In this document: piece after piece, positions 53,125 to 64,000 of the stretch | How positions within the stretch are numbered: the stretch's first letter is position 1 | How the letters are laid out: each line of letters begins with the position of its first letter | Source: Eledone cirrhosa | Taxonomy: Eukaryota | Reading direction: 5' to 3' | Assembly (NCBI GenBank): GCA_964016885.1 | Contig: OZ024746.1 | Coordinates: forward strand, 15,934,001-15,998,000 | DNA length: 64,000 nt | Program-made: the position numbers and the translations under genes | The notes under the pieces: generated by a model | Database searches by the model: none | What the model was told of the DNA's origin: nothing | Seen by the model: the letters and a program-made list of their open reading frames with translations, nothing else

Positions 53125-53865
53125 AATTAAATGTTATATGTTACCCAATGTAAAGTCAGATATATTCACTGAAGTGTCATAAAATGAGATATATTTCTCA
53201 AATTAGTGTTCTTTTTGAATAAAATTCATAATTATCTCATTTGACACTCCTTTGAGGAGTGAGTGATACTCCATAGAGTAGTGATTCTGACCTTGTGGCA
53301 CGTGTCATACTTGGGACAATATAAATAATTTGCTGGGCAATATTGCTGCATTTTACATTGTCTTTTTATCACCAAACAGGTTTTGATATTAAGGTTACTG
53401 TGTGTATCTGGTTTAGAATAGATACATAGAATCTTTGCATGTCATAAAAGGCATCTAATGGTGTTGGCACCAGGAAGGGTATCCAGCTGTAAAACATTGT
53501 CTCAGAAAGAGTCCCATTAAAAAAGGACCCTCATGTCTATCCTTTGCTTTAGTAAAATAAATGGCCTTAAAACACTTCATGTATTTGTGTTGAAGAGGGT
53601 ATCATGTTCCTTTGAGGTGTTGTGGTGGGGTGTGAAGTGGAAAAAGGTTAAGAACCACTGCCTTCCAGTGTATATTTCAGATATTTGTGTTCAAAAGTTC
53701 AGTGAAAGTATATCAACACAAACAAGATGTAAAGATCTTATGATCACAGTCCTCTATATTCTCTGAACCCTTGTAATAAAGAATAAACTTTGATATAATA
53801 TATAGAAGCTGTTTATTTTGTGGTGGGGGTTAGAATGTATGTGTGTGTGTTTTCTGTGTTTCTTA

Positions 53866-54052
53866 GGTGGTGACATATGCACTGTTATAGTGCATATCTG
53901 TGCAAGTTATTGTAGTTATTGTGGTAACATATGCAGTTATAGTGCATATCTGTGCAAGTTATTGTGGTTATTGTGGTAACATATGCACTGCTATGGTGCA
54001 TATATGTGCATATATATTGTAGTTATTGTGGTGATATATGCACTGTTATAAT
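53866..54052. repeat. ~50-bp degenerate tandem repeat, ~3.5 copies
   Basis: GTGGTAACATATGCACTGTTATAGTGCATATCTGTGCAAGTTATTGTAGTTATT. Confidence 0.85.
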
Positions 54053-54543
54053 GTATGTCTGGATTACTTGTTATGGATATTGTCCATAGGCATAGCTGTA
54101 TGGTCAACAAGTTTTCTGCACAACCATGTGTGTATTGGTGAAGGCTCACTCTTCCCTTTTTGTCATCCATGTGCTGTTTCCCCAAACACCTAATCATTGA
54201 ACGCCACAGCTACAGCTCAATGGAACCCTCTTTCCCTGTTCAGCTTGTTGTTGTTTAGTGCCATGTCAGCCCTGATTAAACAGACCTATGATCAAATCAG
54301 TTACAACCATGATCAACATTATCTATTCTTCAAACATAGTGTATCAAGGACAACCTTTTAAAGATAGTTGGGTGAGGGTGATTTAACTGGTATATTTGAT
54401 AGGAACTCGACTAACTTTTCCTTGAGAAATTCAAGTTAAACAATAGGGGCCTATAAAAGGCATACTTGAGTAATGTAGACTAAACAACAAAGCCCAGTAA
54501 AAACCTGGGTTCCATTACTGTTTCTCCTCTTACTTACAGCTTA

Positions 54544-54869
54544 CATCATTTTTACGTCTGCTTTTCCCTGCTTGCAAGGGTGGGACGGGAACTGATTCTG
54601 GCTTGATTTCTACAGCTGGATGCCCTTCCTAACACCAATCTCATTTACAGTGAGTGCTGGGTGTTTTTTTGCCGTGGCACCTCCACGACCACTTTGCAGT
54701 GGAATGATAGGGACACCAGTCCCTATCATCTCATTTCTACAGCTGAGTAAACTGGAGCAATGTGAAATAAGGTGTCTTGCTCAAGGAAACAACACATCAC
54801 CCGGTCTGAGAATTGAACTCACAACCTTTCGATTGCAAAGCCAATGCTCTAACCACTAAGCCATGTGCC
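54544..54869 (-). mobile_element. Full-length tRNA SINE with RTE-B-derived tail
   Basis: Reverse complement of the 37110 family. Confidence 0.88.
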
Positions 54870-55511
54870 TCCTCTATTAAAAAATATTCTTGGCATCCAT
54901 TGATGTATTTGCCTATCATATCGCAACAAACTACTTATTGCCTAACAAAATATATATTGATGGAAAATTGATTTTTAAATGATATTTAAAAGTTTTATAG
55001 ACAAATTCTATATAACTAACATTTACTGTATTTGATGGCACATAGGAACCATGGACATATATGAGCCCCCCCCCCCCCCCTCATGAGATATAGGATCCAC
55101 AGACATTTATGCCACTCCCCCCTCATGGGATATAAGATTGGAGGACATATGAGACCCCCCACCTCTTGGTATATAGGAATGGTGGACATATAAACCTCCC
55201 ATTTCTTGTGTTTCTTCAGGGATGATTAACCGTTTCGTTATTGTATTTCTTATGAAAGACACTGCCTGTGATATTCAAATTATTTTTTAAATAATCAGGA
55301 ATTTGGAGGGATTTAGTAAATATAACTAATTTTCCCATTATTAAACTGCTGTTTGGAGAATAACTTAACAAAGGTTCTTAAATTCTGATGGAAGGATTTT
55401 TAGTTAAATATAAATATTTTAAAATAAACAGTTTTGTGTCATAGAACCAGAGTCAGTTTCAGGTGGTTTGATATAAAAAATGTAAAGAAAGAATATTTTT
55501 GTGTAATTGTT

Positions 55512-57010
55512 CACCCTGTAAGATGATTGTGTTGGTGTTATGACAAAAAACACCCACTCCACATTGTAAGGTGGTTATGTTGGTGTCATGACAAAACACA
55601 CCCAGTCCACACTGTAAGATGATTGTGTTGGTGTTATGACAAAAAACACCCACTCCACACTGTAAGGTGGTTGTGTTGGTGTCATGACAAAAAACACCCA
55701 GTCCACACTGTAAGGTGGTTATGTTGGTGTCATGACAAAAAACACCCAGTCCACACTGTAAGGTGGTTGTGTTGGTGTCATGACAAAAAACACCCAGTCC
55801 ACACTGTAAGGTGGTTGTGTTGGTGTCATGACAAAAAACACCCACTCCACACTGTAAGGTGGTTGTGTTGGTGTCATGACAAAAAACACCCAGTCCACAC
55901 TGTAAGGTGGTTGTGTTGGTGTCATGACAAAAAACACCCAGTCCACACTGTAAGGTGGTTGTGTTGGTGTCATGACAAAAAACACCCAGTCCACACTGTA
56001 AGGTGGTTGTGTTGGTGTCTTGACAAAAAACACCCAGTCCACACTGTAAGGTGGTTGTGTTGGTGTCATGACAAAAAACACCCAGTCCACACTGTAAGAT
56101 GGTTGTGTTGGTGTCATGACAAAAAACACCCAGTCCACACTGTAAGGTGGTTGTGTTGGTGTCATGACAAAAAACACCCAGTCCACACTGTAAGGTGGTT
56201 GTGTTGGTGTCATGACAAAAAACACTCAGTCCACACTGTAAGGTGGTTGTGTTGGTGTCATGACAAAAAACACCCAGTCCACACTGTAAGGTGGTTGTGT
56301 TGGTGTCATGACAAAAAACACCCACTCCACACTGTAAGGTGGTTGTGTTGGTGTCATGACAAAAAACACCCACTCCACACTGTAAGGTGGTTGTGTTGGT
56401 GTCATGACAAAAAACACCCAGTCCACACTGTAAGGTGGTTGTGTTGGTGTCATGACAAAAAACACCCAGTCCACACTGTAAGGTGGTTGTGTTGGTGTCA
56501 TGACAAAAAACACCCAGTCCACACTGTAAGGTGGTTGTGTTGGTGTCATGACAAAAAAACACCCAGTCCACACTGTAAGGTGGTTGTGTTGGTGTCATGA
56601 CAAAAAACACCCACTCCACACTGTAAGGTGGTTGTGTTGGTGTCATGACAAAAAACACCCAGTCCACACTGTAAGGTGGTTGTGTTGGTGTCATGACAAA
56701 AAACACCCAGTCCACACTGTAAGGTGGTTGTGTTGGTGTCATGACAAAAAACACCCAGTCCACACTGTAAGGTGGTTGTGTTGGTGTCATGACAAAAAAC
56801 ACCCAGTCCACACTGTAAGGTGGTTGTGTTGGTGTCATGACAAAAAACACCCAGTCCACACTGTAAGGTGGTTGTGTTGGTGTCATGACAAAAAACACCC
56901 AGTCCACACTGTAAGGTGGTTGTGTTGGTGTCATGACAAAAAACACCCAGTCCACACTGTAAATTGGTTGTGTTGGTGTCACAACAAAAAGCACCCAGTC
57001 CACACTGTAC
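55512..57010. repeat. 48-bp minisatellite, ~31 copies, derived from an RTE 3'UTR subunit
   Basis: Unit GGTGTCATGACAAAAAACACCCAGTCCACACTGTAAGGTGGTTGTGTT; compare 620-670 GGTGTCACGACAAAAAAACACACAGTCCACGCTGTAATGTGGCCGTGTA. Confidence 0.95.
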
Positions 57011-57162
57011 AGTGGCTGTTTTAGAGCTATGATAAAAGTCCACGCTATAAATTTGGAAGGGCATCCAACCATGGAAACCAATCCAGAAACAGTTCTGCAT
57101 GAGCTCGACTCACCAAACCCATGCTAGCTTGGGAAAATGGATGTTAAACAGTGATGATAATG
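57011..57162 (+). mobile_element. RTE-type 3' terminus capping the 48-bp array
   Basis: GGAAGGGCATCCAA...AAACCCATGCTAGCTTGGGAAAATGGATGTTAAACAGTGATGAT. Confidence 0.8.
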
Positions 57163-57840
57163 TGTGTAAGCACCTAATGTTATCAAAGCTTCTAGTTCAA
57201 CTTTACTTGTAAGACTCGGATGATATTTTTTAGCCTTTTCTTATTTTATATTAAAAATAAGGAATCGATTGATAAGATTTCAGACCTCACTCGCTTACCG
57301 AGTAGAGTGGAGCTTGGCAAATTGGACCAAGGAAACAATGTTTCCATTGGTCTTTCCATTGCTGGTACTGTCTACTGGTCGCAACTCCTGGCAGAAGGCG
57401 CAATGTGAAATAAAGGACATAATGCATCGCCTGGTGCAGGAATTGAACGCACAACCTTACGATTACAAATCCAATCTTCTCGTCAACAAGTGGGTGTTTA
57501 CACCATAAAATATGGTTGATGTTTGAAGAAGAGTATTGTTAAAAGATTTGCCACATGATTGCCTTAAGTTGTTTTGTAATTGTCATTGTTCTATTTGAAC
57601 TTTCATGGATCTTTTCACTTTTGCTCCAAAACATTTTATGGGTCATGAAAATATTTAGACCTAACTGCCTCCTTGTCATAAACAAAATATAACTCCAGTT
57701 TCTTGTTGCTATTATTGTCAACACAGATCTCGTGGCTGCTGCTTTCTTCTACTTTTTAAAATCATTTTCTTCTCATGAAAAACATATCTTAGAATTTCCA
57801 AATAATTTTCAGTCATCAAAAGTTTGTAAGTATTTAGTAA

Positions 57841-59046
57841 TCTATATATCTAAAACAGAGAATGTCTGTCTGTCTGACTCCCTAAAGTTCGAGAACCACT
57901 CAACTGATTGTTTTCAAACACATGTAATATTTATGGTCCTGTGAGTGTCCTGAGCAAAAAATATTTCAAATTTTCAATGCCCTAGGGACTGCATTAGGTG
58001 ATTTAGCAATCTCTCTATAATTCTTAGTCTTTCTTTTTAGATAGATATATAACGTTGCGCCCTTATAATATCTGTCTGTATGTCTGGCTGTCTGCATTAC
58101 AACATTATGACGCTATATGTGTGTGTGTATATATGTATATATAGTGTGTATATATATATATAGTGTGTAACGTTTTTCGAAATATTTACTTCTGCATTCA
58201 CAGATTGATTTTTTTTAGTTTCAGAAGATCCCGTTAAGGGTGAAAGCAGCGATTCTTTGCTTAAACTTTAATATGTTATTTTAATATATATATATATATA
58301 TATAATTATATGAGGGATCAGATGTTGTTTACTCGAGAGAAGGCAACGTTGGTACGGTCACGTGATGCGCATGAAAGACGACAGCTGTATAACAAAGTGC
58401 AGGGCAATAAAGATAGACGGTAGCCACGGAGTAGGCAGACCCAGAAAAACATGGGACGAGCTGATAAATTCCGACCTCACACGCTTACACCTCTCCAAGA
58501 CAATGTCACTGGACCGAGACCTTTGGCGGTACTCATTAATAGAGAAGACCCGCCTTACCTAAATACAAAGTAAAAACCTACTACAGTCAGTAGGCATCTC
58601 TATCAAAACACCCCCCCGTCCCACCACCTCCACCCCATCCACACCACCCCTTTCAATGTACAGTTATGTTGGTCCCACAACATCCAGGCCGAAACAAATG
58701 AGATCGTGTAGGTGTCACGACAAAAAAACACACAGTCCACGCTGTAATGTGGCCGTGTAGGCAACACGGTAAAAACCTCCCAGCCCCACACTGTAAATGT
58801 GGTTGGTGTTAGGAAGGGCATCCAGCTGTAGAAAACCCGCCAGACAGTCCACGCTGTAATGTGGCCGTGTAGGCAACACGGTAAAAACCTCCCAGCCCCA
58901 CACTGTAAATGTGGTTGGTGTTAGGAAGGGCATCCAACTGTAGAAAACCCGCCAGACAGTCCTATGCGAGCAAGACAACCACTCTTGCCTCAAGTGGGAA
59001 AACCCCCGTCCAAACCCATGCAAGCGTGGAACACGGACGCTAAACC

Positions 59047-59077
<31 letters not shown>

Positions 59078-59333
59078 ATATTCGTGTACAGATATTTTTG
59101 CATACACAATAACAAAATATAAACAAAAGTATTTATTTTGCGATAAAGTATTGATTTTCTTTGCACGGAAAAAAACCCTGGTAATCTACGACAAATTTTT
59201 TTTTATAAGCCCGAAATGTAGATACCATCCCGGTGCCGAGGTATTCCGTACTTCTCTGTACTGTTTCAGAAAGGAGGGATAAACATGCCAATCTATGTTT
59301 AGAATCCCGAGCAACGCCAGCCCATTCTGCTTG
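57841..59333 (+). mobile_element. Non-autonomous Helitron interrupted by an RTE LINE
   Basis: 5' end A|TCTATATATCTAAAA with (CTGT)n, and a degenerate 3' end CCCGAGCAACGCCAG...CTGCTTG|T. The internal segment is homologous to 25140-25300 and continues on both sides of the LINE. Confidence 0.68.
58312..59077 (+). mobile_element. RTE subfamily A 3' fragment with a 112-bp internal tandem duplication
   Basis: Encodes RWYGHVMRM...GRPRKTW...EKTRLT*; 3'UTR as in 508-866; (GAT)n tail. Confidence 0.92.
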
Positions 59334-59374
59334 TTATCACTAAATTATACATTATTAAGCTGGTGCCAGGCTGG

Positions 59375-59570
59375 TTGATTGGCAGGATTGGTAGGGGTCT
59401 CAGTTTGTTCTGGCTCTTTACACTCTGAGTTCAAATCCCACTGAGGTCAACTTTGCCTTTCACTCTTCTAGGTGTCGACAAAATTAAGTACCAGTCATGC
59501 ACTGGGGGTAAATACAATTGACTTTCCCTCTCCCACAAATTGTTGGCCTTGTACTTAAATTAAAAAATTA
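59375..59570 (+). mobile_element. Diverged Meta-core SINE
   Basis: CTGAGTTCAAATCCCACTGAGGTCAACTTTGCCTTTCA...GTCGACAAAATTAAGTACCAG. Confidence 0.8.
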
Positions 59571-61194
59571 CTATCAAGCTGGTGTTGGGAACATAACTTA
59601 ACAAAGGTTCTTACATAAAAATTATGATGGAAAAAAATAAGCAGTTTTGAATCATAGCAAGTCATGGAAAAATGGCTGTAAAAACAACAATGATGATAGT
59701 TTTTGTTAACTGATTGCTAAGTGTATGTTTTTTCAGCGTTTAATAAGTATCAAACTCCTTATTTTCCTATCAACCTGATTGTACAGGTAACATACCTGCC
59801 TGCATGTGTGAGTGAATGGTTGACCTTGTTTCAGTTAGTCTTCACCATCATTCCTCTCAGTATCCACAGTAACATCAATCTTTGGACAATTTCCCTTAAG
59901 TCATAACACTCCGACAACATGTTTAATTTATGATCACATCATAATTCCTCTCCTCTCTGCATGATCATCACACATAGAGCTGTGTCTATTACTGATGTTA
60001 TCATAACTCCCCACTCCACCATTTCACTATCACCACCCATAGAGCTGTGCCTGCTGCTATTGTGAGAACATATTTCACATATCAATATTACCACAATCTC
60101 CTAAAGGTGTGACCAAAACTTCACTTCTTTATGTATTGCCACTTAAATGTCCCTGTCCTCTTCCCCCTCTTCCTTCCCCTCCAGTATTTTAAAATACCTA
60201 AAAATATGTCAAACAAAGGAGAGCTATGTAGCATTAGAATTCATACTTCGCTTATATTTGTTTTTATTTGATACTAGTGGACTAGCATCATTAATAATGA
60301 CAGTAATAGCGTTGAATGTATTTAATTTTGGAATCCAGGATTGGTATGTCATATATACTAGAACTAGTGGACCAGCGCCATCAATAACGACAGTAACAGC
60401 TGGGAAATATGTGTTTTGATAAATAAATGGTTTGCATAAGAGAAACCTTATAGTTTATGTTGATTACTGACAGGTAGAAGTGATTAAAGATAAGAATGAT
60501 ACTTTAATAATTTGTTTCTAAGATATAATGACATAAATGTTCAGCATATATGTATAAATAACATACAGGATTACATGTATGAGTAACTTTGGAGAAATAA
60601 TTATTTATACGGACAAATGTAGGGTTAGAACCTCGTGATTGGAAAGTGAATTTCTTACTGTAGCAACCTGACTTGTGTGTGTGTGTGTTAAAGAGTTAGA
60701 CAGATATATATAAATATACAAACACACATGGTTAACATATAGTTGCTGTAGATGTCTAGTGACCAAATGGTTGAGATGTTAGGCCAACAGGTCAGGATTC
60801 AACAGTTTTTATCTACTCAATGTCTCTCGGCAAGTCCTTTAACTATTAACATCATGTTATGATTTAGCAGAAAATACCTAAAAACAGGTTTATTAATTCA
60901 AATGTTTATAATATCTTTACTAGTGAACAGATAGTTGTGAAGATTTGTAGTATTAGAGTAAAGACTTTAATTTTTTAATGTGATGCAGTCATAGTGTTGT
61001 TTTGTTCTTTTCAAGAATATCTTACTAATGTGATTTTATGTGGTTTGTTAAATTTAATCATTTTTTGTATCTTAACTGGTGGACAGATCATCGTTATCAT
61101 CATGTGAAAATTTACAGTTAGCTAAAGACTTTCATTTCCAATATGATGCAGTCATACTGGTGTTATACACTTTTCAAGAATGCCTTGCTAATAA

Positions 61195-61270
61195 AGTTAA
61201 CCTGAGGTACATATACAGTCACTGGTTAACCTGAGGTACATATACAGTCACTGGTTAACCTGAGGTACAC
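61195..61270. repeat. 29-bp tandem repeat, ~2.5 copies
   Basis: GTTAACCTGAGGTACATATACAGTCACTG. Confidence 0.9.
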
Positions 61271-62802
61271 ACATACATTGCAATAGCGTGCTTGAGGTAC
61301 ACAAACTATATTTTACACTCTCCATTCAAAAACCAGTGTTCCACAAAATTGTGTGTGCATGTATGTTTTTTTATATATGCATACACACATATATTCTTTT
61401 ATCATTTTACTAGTTCCAGTCATTAGACTGCAGCCATGCTGAGCACCATCATAATATCGATGACAGTATTTATTTTTTTAAGTCTGATACCTATGTTATC
61501 AAACTTTTTTTTTGTCAAATCTCCAAGTTACGTGATATAAACACAGATACAAGTGTATATACAGACACACACACAGACATTATATATCTATATATTTATT
61601 TATCTTTATATATCTAGCTATCTCTCTTTATATATATATATGTATATATATCTTTACACATATAGTTATGTATATATAATGTATGTTTGTGTGTTATGCA
61701 TGTATATGTAGAGTTTTTCAATATAGTTTGGTCACTTTTACATATGTATGACATTTTAGTTCTTCCTTGATTCTCATGTGTGTTATTTGTTGTTGTTGCT
61801 GTCTGTTTTTTTCTTCTTCTCTCTCGTCTGTGTGTGACCATATTCCTCTACAGTGTGTTTGTCACACATATTTGGGAGACACTTCGATTGGAAGTTATAA
61901 ATTTATGGCTTGTGAGGCGACGGCTTACTACTTTCTCTTCACTCTAGGTCTTTCTCACTAACAATAATTTCAAATAGAATATTTCATAAAACAAATTGCT
62001 CCAAAGCATTAAAACCAAAATTATATTGATTTTTAAGGCAAATTTATTGTTTCTTTATGATGTTTTAGTTGGCAACTTGTTGGAACTGGTTCATTGAACT
62101 AAATTTAACCTTCAAATGTGAATATCAAATTGTTTTTGCTTCAACTGCTACTGGAGGTGACTGCTTCCACATCAGCACAGTTTCTTTCAAACTGTGCACT
62201 ACCAGCAACACACTTGTTGATCTCTCTCTCTCTCTATAAACTTTTTTTTTATTGAATTATCAGCTAAAACCCAAAACATAAATAAATAAATAAATGAAGG
62301 TATCTAACCAACAAAACTAGGATTGGATAGCCAGAAGTGACTTAATAGCTTCATTATTCTAAGTCACCAGTGCATTTTAATTCAGCTATTAAATTTCTGG
62401 GGGATTTTTTTTTTTACTTTTTTTTGTTTTGTTTTTTAAACCAATCTCTCTTATCATTTACTATATCTCTGGACATGGCTCTGTGTGTGTGTGTGTGTTA
62501 TATGCTGTTGTGTGTGTTATGCTGTGGTATGTGTGTATGTGTTATGCTGTGGCATGGGTGTGTATGTGTCATGCATGTGTGTGTGTGTGTTATATTCTGT
62601 AACATGTCTCTGTGTGTGTTATATGTTACGGCATGTATGTGTGTGTTATATTCTGTGACATGTCTCTGTGTATGTGTTATATGTTGTGGCATGTATGCTG
62701 TGGTGTGTGTATGTGTTATATTCAGTGGCATGTGTATGTGTTCTATAGTCTGTGCCCTCACTTAACACAAATCTACAATAATCCATATCAAAATGCCACT
62801 GG

Positions 62803-63472
62803 GTACTATCTGTTGGCCAGATGTACTATCTGTTGGCCAGATGTGCTATCTGTTGGCCAGATGTACTATCTGATGGACAGATGTACTATCTGCTGGACAG
62901 ATGTACTATCTGCTGGACAGATGTACTATCTGCTGGACAGATGTACTATCTGCTGGACAGATGTACTATCTGTTGGACAGATGTACTATCTGTTGGACAG
63001 ATGTACTATCTGTTGGACAGATGTACTATCTGCTGGACAGATGTACTATCTGCTGGACAGATGTACTATCTGTTGGTCAGATGTACTATCTGTTGGTCAG
63101 ATGTACTATCTGTTGGTCAGATGTACTATCTGCTGGACAGATGTACTATCTGCTGGACAGATGTACTATCTGCTGGACAGATGTACTATCTGCTGGACAG
63201 ATGTACTATCTGTTGGACAGATGTACTATCTGTTGGACAGATGTACTATCTGCTGGCCAGATGTACTATCTGCTGGCCAGATGTACTATCTGCTGGCCAG
63301 ATGTACTATCTGCTGGCCAGATGTACTATCTGCTGGCCAGATGTACTATCTGCTGGCCAGATGTACTATCTGCTGGCCAGATGTACTATCTGCTGGCCAG
63401 ATGTACTATCTGCTGGCCAGATGTACTATCTGCTGGTCAGATGTGCTATCTGTTGGACAGATGTACTACCTG
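62803..63472. repeat. 20-bp minisatellite, ~33 copies
   Basis: Unit CAGATGTACTATCTG(C/T)TGG(A/C/T). Confidence 0.97.
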
Positions 63473-63876
63473 TGAAGAGACAATAGTATTAGGGATACTA
63501 TTTGTTGAACAGATGTACTATACATAGTCACATCCATATGTTTACTAAACATATATTTAGTCTTACTATGAAGTTAGGCCTTATTGTTAAATCATAGGGT
63601 AGCATGAAATAAGGAACAAATTGACAAGTTCTGTTTTTCTTCAAAGATCCATTCTTCAAGATCCATTAGGGATCACTTATAGAAAGAAAGTAGGATAGAT
63701 CTACTTACTATAAAGTTGTTATCTACATATTTAGTTTACATTATGGTTCAAGGTTGACATGGTGGCATTCATAAATATCAAACCAGTATAGTGTGAGTTA
63801 TTAATATATATATATATATAAACATACATAGAAATGAAAGAATAGATTTAAGTTGTTAACCTTGGTTTTTCTTCAT

Positions 63877-63962
<86 letters not shown>

Positions 63963-64000
63963 CTAACAATAATAAGGATGTTAAGTGTAAAATAATTTTG

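Noticed and set aside
55512-57010. CRISPR-like array, or a 540-aa repeat protein
   Set aside because: Units are contiguous with no unique spacers, there are no cas genes, and the context is eukaryotic. The unit derives from a LINE 3'UTR, and the ORFs are open in several frames on both strands.
62612-63527. Cys/Trp-rich ORFs (RCTICWTD) resembling zinc fingers
   Set aside because: All three frames give the same 20-aa cycle from a 20-bp DNA repeat.

Overview
AT-rich, repeat-dominated eukaryotic (animal) DNA. The repeat spectrum is most consistent with an octopus or other coleoid cephalopod; this is an inference from the TE families, not a database match. I find no intact protein-coding gene, rRNA, true tRNA or CRISPR array. 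Most long ORFs in the track are artefacts of (TA/TG)n microsatellites or minisatellites. Recognisable content: (1) several RTE-clade LINE remnants, including two young subfamilies (A and B) with (GAT)n tails, mostly embedded in (TA)n arrays; (2) a non-autonomous bipartite RTE derivative (5'UTR fused to a zinc-finger 3' end); (3) a full-length but decayed DD35D pogo-superfamily transposon with TIRs and TA TSD; (4) two non-autonomous Helitrons that share an internal segment; (5) a probable Gypsy-like LTR with polypurine tract; (6) two tRNA-derived SINE groups, one with a Meta-like core and one with a single head on interchangeable tails; (7) TTAA-flanked MITEs; (8) many mini- and microsatellites, including a ~31-copy 48-bp array grown from a LINE 3'UTR subunit. 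A few isolated + strand splice-site pairs (22.1 kb, 31.1-31.5 kb) suggest the window may be mostly intron of a large gene, but this is weak. I see no evidence of a new multi-gene system. The most unusual signals are mechanistic retrotransposition footprints and modular exchange among repeats.
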